A stretch of DNA of 64,000 bases, taken from positions 12,586,001 to 12,650,000 of the forward strand of contig NC_043015.1 of assembly GCF_006345805.1 (NCBI RefSeq), read 5' to 3'. Below, piece by piece: positions 1 through 64,000 of the stretch. This stretch comes from Octopus sinensis (Eukaryota). How positions within the stretch are numbered: position 1 is the first letter of the stretch; each line of letters begins with the position of its first letter. A model generated the notes under the pieces. The model was not told where the DNA came from. It did not search any database and was given only the letters and a program-made list of their open reading frames with translations. A program made the position numbers and the translations under genes.

Positions 1-215
1 GTATGTATATGCATACGTATGTGTATGTGTGCATGAATGAGTGTGTGTGTGAATGTGTGTTTGAGTGTTTCTCTGTTCAACTTGCTCATGGACATGAAAG
101 ACAATGGAAGTACGTGTGTGTGTGTGTGTATGTGTGTGTATGTGTGTGTGTGTGTGTGTATGTGTGTCTGTGTGTGTGTGTGTGTGTGTAAGTGCGCGCG
201 TACGTGTGCGTGCTT
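1..215. repeat. (TG)n-rich microsatellite
   Basis: Direct reading. Confidence 0.95.
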
Positions 216-1013
216 TGTCCAGCACCACTGTTTGGCAACCGGTATAGGTTTATTTACAACGCCTTAACCTAGCAGTTCGGCTGAAAGAGACTGACAGAAA
301 AAGTATCAGGTAAAAAAATTAAGAGTACTCGAGGCGATTTGCTTGATTTAACTCGTCCAGTTGGTGCTCCAGCATTGCCGCAGTCCAAAGACAGAAACTA
401 GTTACAAAAGATGCGTGATTGCGTATGAATGTGTGTGTTTGCGTGCGGTCGCGTGTGTGTGCGTACATGTGCGGGCGTGTTTCAAAACTTCTTTTCCATT
501 TCTGAACCAATTAGAAGCAGACGATTGAAAGGAATCCCGTAAATAAGTTGCATCATTCTAACAATCGCGAACCAGGTTTGAGCATTTATGTAAATTTTTA
601 ATGATTCTAGAATGTTGGCGAACGATTTCAATAACATTTATACACTGATTGCCGTTTTACTTTCGTTTCTCTGCAGGATTTTTCAGATAATAATGTTTCA
701 CCAATTTTACTAATTATTTCATTATGGATTCTTGCATGACAGCACATATGAAAGACAAGAGTTAGATGCGACGATAAACGATCACATAATGTTAAGTTTA
801 AAAGAAATCAAGATTTAAAAAAGGATTTTATTTTTGATCTCTAGAGGAAAGACATAAAAACGTTTCATAGAAAATCTGGGGAAGATAAACTGGCAAATAA
901 TCAAAATAGGTTTACATCTTTGGCTTGTTGTTATTGATATTTCTTGACCAGTTCTGATCGAGCAGGTCTATTGATCAAAGGCCTTCCAGCCCTGACCACA
1001 TCATCTTGTATAC

Positions 1014-1253
1014 CTTTTTTTTTTTTTTTTACTACCCACAAGGGGCTAAACATAGAGGGGACAAACAAGTACAGACAAACGAATTAAGTCGATTACATCG
1101 ACCCCAGTGCGTCACTGGTACTTAATTTATCGACCCCGAAAGGATGAAAGGTAAAGTTGACCTCAGCGGAATTTGAACTCAGAATGCAGCGGCGGACGAA
1201 ATACCACAAAGCATTTAGCCCGGCGTGCTACCGATTCTGCCAACTCGCCGCCT
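1014..1253 (-). mobile_element. tRNA-derived SINE family A (octopus OR-type; exact family unverified), near full length
   Basis: Reverse complement is highly similar to 10868-11100; B-box GAGTTCAAATTCC; A-rich tail. Confidence 0.85.
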
Positions 1254-2912
1254 TGTATACCTAGAACAGACAACCTTTTTCGAGAAGCGGGTCGTATGGG
1301 ATGGGACATGCTTCATCTATAAAAATCCAACTATAAAAACCTACTATAAAAATCCAAGAAAATATTTTGTTAGACGTGTCATTCAGAAAGTCCCTCGGAT
1401 CACAGTTTACTATTGACTAATCTATGACATTATCCAATGTATTCTTCCTTTGTTTTTAAGGACAGCACGATTGTAATTTTAGGTAAATTACTCTGTTATA
1501 TGTAACAGAGAGTGAGTCACCCTCTGATATTTTTCAGTTTAAAAGTAGAAAATATAATGGATAAATTACACTACATTTGATTTTATCCTATTTATATGTG
1601 CATACCTACAAAAGTGTGTCCCTCTCCCGAACTTTGTTACTACGTAACTTTTTTAAGAATGGATACTTTTTGGTGAAATGTTTTACTGATACTTTTCAGA
1701 TGCTGCAAATTCTGATTATATGGGAATTTAGGGATTTTATTTGAAGAAAAAAATACAGCGGTGGTGCCCCAGCATGGTCGCAGCCTTCGGGCTGAAACAT
1801 TTTAAAGGATTTTAAGGATTTATACTGACCACAAATATTTACAAAATAAAAGTTGAAATTTTGAAAAAATAATATTTGACCTCAGTCTACTTATGTGTGC
1901 GTGTTTACCATTTTTTGGGGGGATTTTGTTTTACATTAAATTCCATTTTGCAATTTGAAGAAAATTTGATGAAAATTTTATTAAAAGCATAAATTTTTTC
2001 TGAAAGTTATAAGTAAATAAAGTCGGTGGGTCACTTGTGTTGGTCTAACAGTATAGCTAACGGATGAAGTGAGCTACTTACTTTTTCTTCTAATCTACAA
2101 ATAGAAAATATAACGATATATTGTTTGTTATTGTTATGGTTACTCTTTGAATTACATCTAATTTTATTTTATACCATAAATAGGTAGTAACATACGCGAT
2201 ACATGCGTATTTGGAATTTCAAATGTCTTCCATTTCTGAAATATTTTTAGCAGACGATAGCAACATTAGCACACATTCACCGGCACACACATTCATATAC
2301 ACACACACACTCACACATTCATACATATTCATACACACATTTATACACACATACGCAGACACATACATTCGCGCGCGCAAACACGCAAACAAACATTGTT
2401 AAAGCCGAGGAAGTTTGTTTCTTTTATAAATTTTTTTAAAAATCGTTGACTCATCGTCGACATTTTTAGAGAGTTACTTCCCTTATATAATAGCGAAAAA
2501 TGCATTAAAATGGAAAAAAATGATGGTAATTTTTTTTTTAATCGTAGACTCATCGTAGATGCGCGCTAATACCCAGAAGGGCTTGATATGAATCACGACT
2601 ATAAGATACCCGATTTTGGTTACACTGCACCGCAAAATGTGAGAGTAGTTAGGAATTTAAATCGTAGGAGACAGACACACAACTTGACTTTTATATATAA
2701 AGATTTATATATAGAGATATATTGTTAAAAGTTAGGCATGGCTGTATGATAAGAAGTTTGCTTCCCAACCACTTGGTTATGTTTCAGTCCTACAGCATGA
2801 TATCTTGGGCAAGTGTCATCTACCATGCTCCTGGGATAATCAAAACCCCGTGAAAAGGATTTGATGGATGGAATCTGAAAAAAAATCCGTCGTATGTATA
2901 TAGGAGCAGGGA

Positions 2913-3315
2913 CGGATCTTTTCGGTTTGACCGTCAGTTTTTTAAAATAATTTCCACGTAACTAAACACTTTTGAACTTCGTATACTGGTAGAATGTGTT
3001 TTTAAAACATCTTTTTCTCTTGGCTTTATTGAGAAAATTCTATAGTTTGTAAGATATTTGTTGTATTTTTTCTTCAATTTCTGCAATTTCAACCAATCAT
3101 TGACGTCTATTGAGGTGAATACATTCTGTGCCGTATGAATATGTCCCTCGTTTAAGAAACAGATTGGGTTTATTTACATTTCTGAAGAAAAAAAGATACC
3201 CTTCCCCCCACCCCTAACCCTAAAATGCAATAGATCGATACTAGGGTCATAATTATGGGTGACAATTTCATATGACACCGCTAGAAAAAACTGCCGCTCA
3301 AACCGAAAAGATCCG
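2913..3315. mobile_element. About 400-bp MITE with about 30-bp TIRs
   Basis: Left GGATCTTTTCGGTTTGACCGTCAGTTTTTT versus right AAAAAACTGCCGCTCAAACCGAAAAGATCC (2 mismatches); internal CCCTAACCCTAA. Confidence 0.8.
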
Positions 3316-3439
3316 GGTGGGGGGGGGACCCAGAAGAAACCAGAATTTTGCAATATTATTTTATTCACTTAGTTTTATATGTTTATACTTTTACTGCCTT
3401 CAAAGTATCCTCCATATAAAGCAATGCAATAGTCCAGAT

Positions 3440-4257
3440 ACGTTTTCCACTATTTGAAGCAGTCCTGATGCCATTTAACGTCTGTCATTTTTTTTCTTCT
3501 CTTCCACTTCTGCAAAACGTTTTCCTTTAAGGACTTTTTCATTTGGGGGAACAAAAAATGTCGCAGTGAGTAAGACCGGGTGAATAAGGAGGGTTGGTAA
3601 ATGGGGGTCATGCCATTTTTTGGTAAAAAACTGTCTCACACTCAAGGCGGTGGGTACACGCGCATTGTCATGATGAAACCACCCCATTCCACTTTATCAC
3701 TGGACAATTCCTTTTGCATCGATGAAACAAATCATCATCTTGACATTGGACTTCACTTGACATGCTTTTTGGGGGGCATGGTGACATTGAATGCTTCCAT
3801 TAACTTGATTGCTATTTCGTTTCCAGGTTGTAGCCATAGCACCAGCTTTTGTCACCAGTAATGACCTTCAAAAAAAGGTCCAGATCAACTTCCAGCTATT
3901 CTTTCAGTTCATGACACGCATTCAGTCGTGAATGCTTTTGATCTTCTGTGAGCAAGCGAGGCACAAGTTTTGCTGCAACTTTTTTCATTCACAATTCTTG
4001 GCTCAAAATTCATTGGCAGGAGCTCCAGGATACAGCAGTCATATCAACAAGTTCATCAATTGTCCAGCAACAATCCTCCAAGATCAGTTCATGAATTTTT
4101 GTTATGAGGTCAACAGTTACCTTGGATGAGATTGGTCTTCAAGCAACTAATAACAATTCCTAAAGCATGAAAACCACTTGTAAACTTGTGTTTTGCTTAT
4201 GGCAGCATTGTTGTAAGCAGTTTGAGGCATGGCAACTGTTTCAGCTGCTGTTTTTCC
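3440..4257 (-). mobile_element. Degenerate mariner transposase remnant
   Basis: GKTAAETVAM..KTQVYKWF N-terminus; HHDNAR..LSVRQF..LKGKRFAEVEE C-terminus; frameshifted. Confidence 0.85.
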
Positions 4258-5075
4258 CATAGAACCACGTCTGGCCTTAGTGTTGTATGGACAACTTGGG
4301 GAAACTGTAGTCTCTCTCCTAGGCCCACTTTCATAAGCTATGATTGGCCTCTCTCCTTTTTCATGAATTCTTTGAACTTAACAATGATGTTTCTTGAGCC
4401 ACCATGGTGCCACTTATATCTTCTTTGAAAAAGTGCTATTCTGCACCCTGGTAAGATGTGTACCAGCATGCCCCTTTCTATGTAAAGCCTACACAGCTGG
4501 TCTTCCCTCAAACCTCACTTGTGCAGGTTTGTTGGTGCTGGGAGTGTGTCATATACCATCTGCAGCAGGAGCGAGATGCAGAAAGGTTCCAGTTTCCACA
4601 GGTTTGTTCATGTGATCTTAGGGAGGTCCCATTTAATCCAGGCATCCTGAGACACCAGCTCCGCAGCTCTTGACCTTTCTTCCTCCTGGTTCTATACTTC
4701 TACCTGGATCACGCCCCCCCCTTTCCCTCATGTCTGCCTTCTACCATTGTTGGAAACGGAAAGAACTGAAAACCTACATGTGACCTCTGCATGTAACTCC
4801 AATGATGTTATGTAGCTCCAGCTTGCCTTCAGCCAGAGGGACTTTGGTGCTAGCTACCCACTTTTACCTGGCCCTTATTGTAATACCAACATGTCTGACA
4901 AGCTCATCCTGCAAGTTACTGTACATCATTAGAACTTTTCATTTTGTGACTTTTTGAATTCTTCCGCTATGGATGACAGGGTGAGTTGTAGCTGTCTAGT
5001 TGTTATGCTTATTGAAGTAAAGCTTGTGGCACACCTAACCACCTTCAGTGATATTTATTTACCTTCCTCTCCACC
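4258..5075 (-). mobile_element. Hero-like (R2-superfamily, RLE) non-LTR retrotransposon fragment
   Basis: Manual translation: QLTLSSIAEEFK; NLWKLEPFCISLLLQMVYDTLPAPTNLHK.GLREDQLC..HILPGC.IALFQRRYKWHH; LQFPQVVHTTLRPDVVLW. Confidence 0.75.
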
Positions 5076-5689
5076 CTTTCCATGCTTGTCATTGGAATCT
5101 CATATAGTGTCAATAACTATATGAGTTTTGGGAGCAGTGTGCGGTTAAGAAGCTCACTCTGCAACCATGTGGTTTCACTGCATGACACCATAGCCCCAGT
5201 CCGACCTATGCCTTATGAGTGGATCTGGTCAGTGAAAACTGTGAGGAAGCTCATTGTATATATCTATGTGTGTGTGTTTTCATGTTTATTTTTGTATCTG
5301 TGTTTGCACCCCTCCCCCATTACTTGAGCACTGGTATTGAGCCATTTACATCCCTGTAACTTAGCTGTTCATCAAAGCAGACTGATGAAATTAGAACCAA
5401 ATTTAAAAAGTACCAGTGGTGGGGTGTGACCTATGTGACTAAAACTCTTCAAGGCAGTACTGGAGCATGACTGCAGTCCAGTGATTGAAACAAGTAAAAG
5501 AAGACCTGCAGTTACGGAGACCACTGATGGACCAAGTCTTTAAATTTACTGAGAGAGCTTTAGTAATTTTTGCTTGCATTGTTCACATATATGAAATTTG
5601 CATGTATAAAATTGAATTCAGTATTGTGTTATGTTGCAGATGCCATTTTCTAGACATACAACAACAACAAAAGAAGCTTTTATTTGAGA

Positions 5690-6620
5690 ACAAACTGCAC
5701 TACTTTGCATTTATAGATCTACAGAAGGCCTTTTGCAGTGACCCTCACTCTCAAGTCATCTCAGCACCAAAGAAACTAAATAAAGATGAATGCTCTATGA
5801 GAGCCTTGCAGGTTATATATGAGGGTGACTGTTGCAAAGTTAGGTTTGGGAGCTAGTTCAATGAAGGATATAATGAGTATCCAGGTTTTCATCAGGTTTC
5901 TATTTCCTGAACTCTTCTGGTTTTCATAGTACAATTGCTTTATATGTAGGAAAGGAATAGGTGGGAACTCAATACGAAACACTCAGTGAAAATAAGGATG
6001 TTCAACAGTTCTATGGGCTCTCTGTCAAGCTGGCAGTAGAACAGGACTTCAGATGTGTTAGATGGTTGTCAGCTGTAGAACATACCAATAAAAATGTGTC
6101 CCTGAACTCCTCAGATGGTTTATAAGACATTTATAATTTCTGTTTTGAAGATTATCTAATTAGTATTTGAAGTGTTGTAGTGAAAATATTGCCTAAGTAA
6201 GAGAGGTTGAAGTGCTTGGAACTGTTGCTTCTATTTGTAATGAAAGTTGTCTCTTTTCAAGTAAAAGACAAGGTAGTATGAAGAATGTGATTAAAGTGTG
6301 ATGCTACAGAATGGTGGGACATAAGCACTGAATGAGGGTTTGTGGAAGATGGAGAGAAATGGCATGCCGGAAGGGAAATTTTAACATCAATGAAAGACAA
6401 AGCATAAGTGAGCTGAGAAAGCTGTTAGAGATGATAAACATTATTCATAGTGTGTTAGTGAGATCCCAGTGATGGTATCAACATTAGATGCAAATGGATG
6501 AAAGGTTTATGTGTAAAATGGTAGCGAGCAATACCATTGGAAAATACCTCTAGGAAAGGAAGATGTGGGAAACATGTAGGATAATGGGCTTCACAGGACA
6601 TTACATGTAGCCAGGGCAAG
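5690..6620 (+). mobile_element. Highly decayed RTE-clade LINE RT fragment
   Basis: YFAFIDLQKAF..RALQVIYE motif; similar to 19.5-22 kb and 35.4-36.8 kb copies. Confidence 0.65.
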
Positions 6621-7042
6621 TGGTTACTTGCTACATGAATTCCTATCTAAGCCATTTGAACATTAAAAACAGATGTTAAAATGTCAATGATGATGACAAT
6701 GCCAGCAAAATGAATTTTTAAAATTAGAATAAATAAAAACTATTATAGAAATATGTTTTTAGTTATCTAAGCAGAATATTTTCATTGAGCTAAAGTAAAA
6801 TAATTTTACAAAGTCTTTAATTTTTAATGTTCCTGATCTACTTAATTTTTAACATCTAAAATATTATAATTTTCAAAATTTGAAAAAACCTGGGAATCAT
6901 AACTATACAATTCTTTTGAATTCTAGACTTGAACATGTGTTGAAAAGTAGCAATCAATTTGAAAGACCTGCTAATGAACTGACATTTTATGATAAGTGTA
7001 CTTACTATTTTCTGACTGACAACTATTATGCCTCAATTCTTA

Positions 7043-64000
<56,958 letters not shown>

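Overview
AT-rich, repeat-dense eukaryotic DNA. The SINE and LINE content and the microsatellite load point to an octopus genome (inference). Almost the whole window (about 7.0 kb to beyond 63.9 kb, + strand) is one long-intron gene that I assign to SHOC1 (Zip2/C9orf84, meiotic ZMM crossover factor). I traced 23 GT-AG exons by hand: 21 are well supported and phase-compatible, one junction near 18.8-19.1 kb is unresolved, and the start codon is unclear. The gene continues past the window end. The introns hold tRNA-derived SINEs, RTE-clade LINE fragments, R2-superfamily elements (Hero-like and Dong/R4-like), a Penelope-like remnant, Tc1/mariner remnants, hAT-, piggyBac- and foldback-type MITEs, and non-autonomous Helitrons. 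The most unusual signals are: a U6 snRNA copy fused at its 3' oligo-T directly to an RTE LINE 3' end (15439-15712); a perfect spacerless 240-bp palindrome (56691-56930); a 970-bp foldback element; several close inverted-repeat pairs able to form intronic dsRNA; and a degenerate tRNA-Arg(TCT). There is no CRISPR, rRNA or prokaryotic-type feature. All homology calls come from motif recognition and remembered sequences, not database searches, and many repeat boundaries are approximate.
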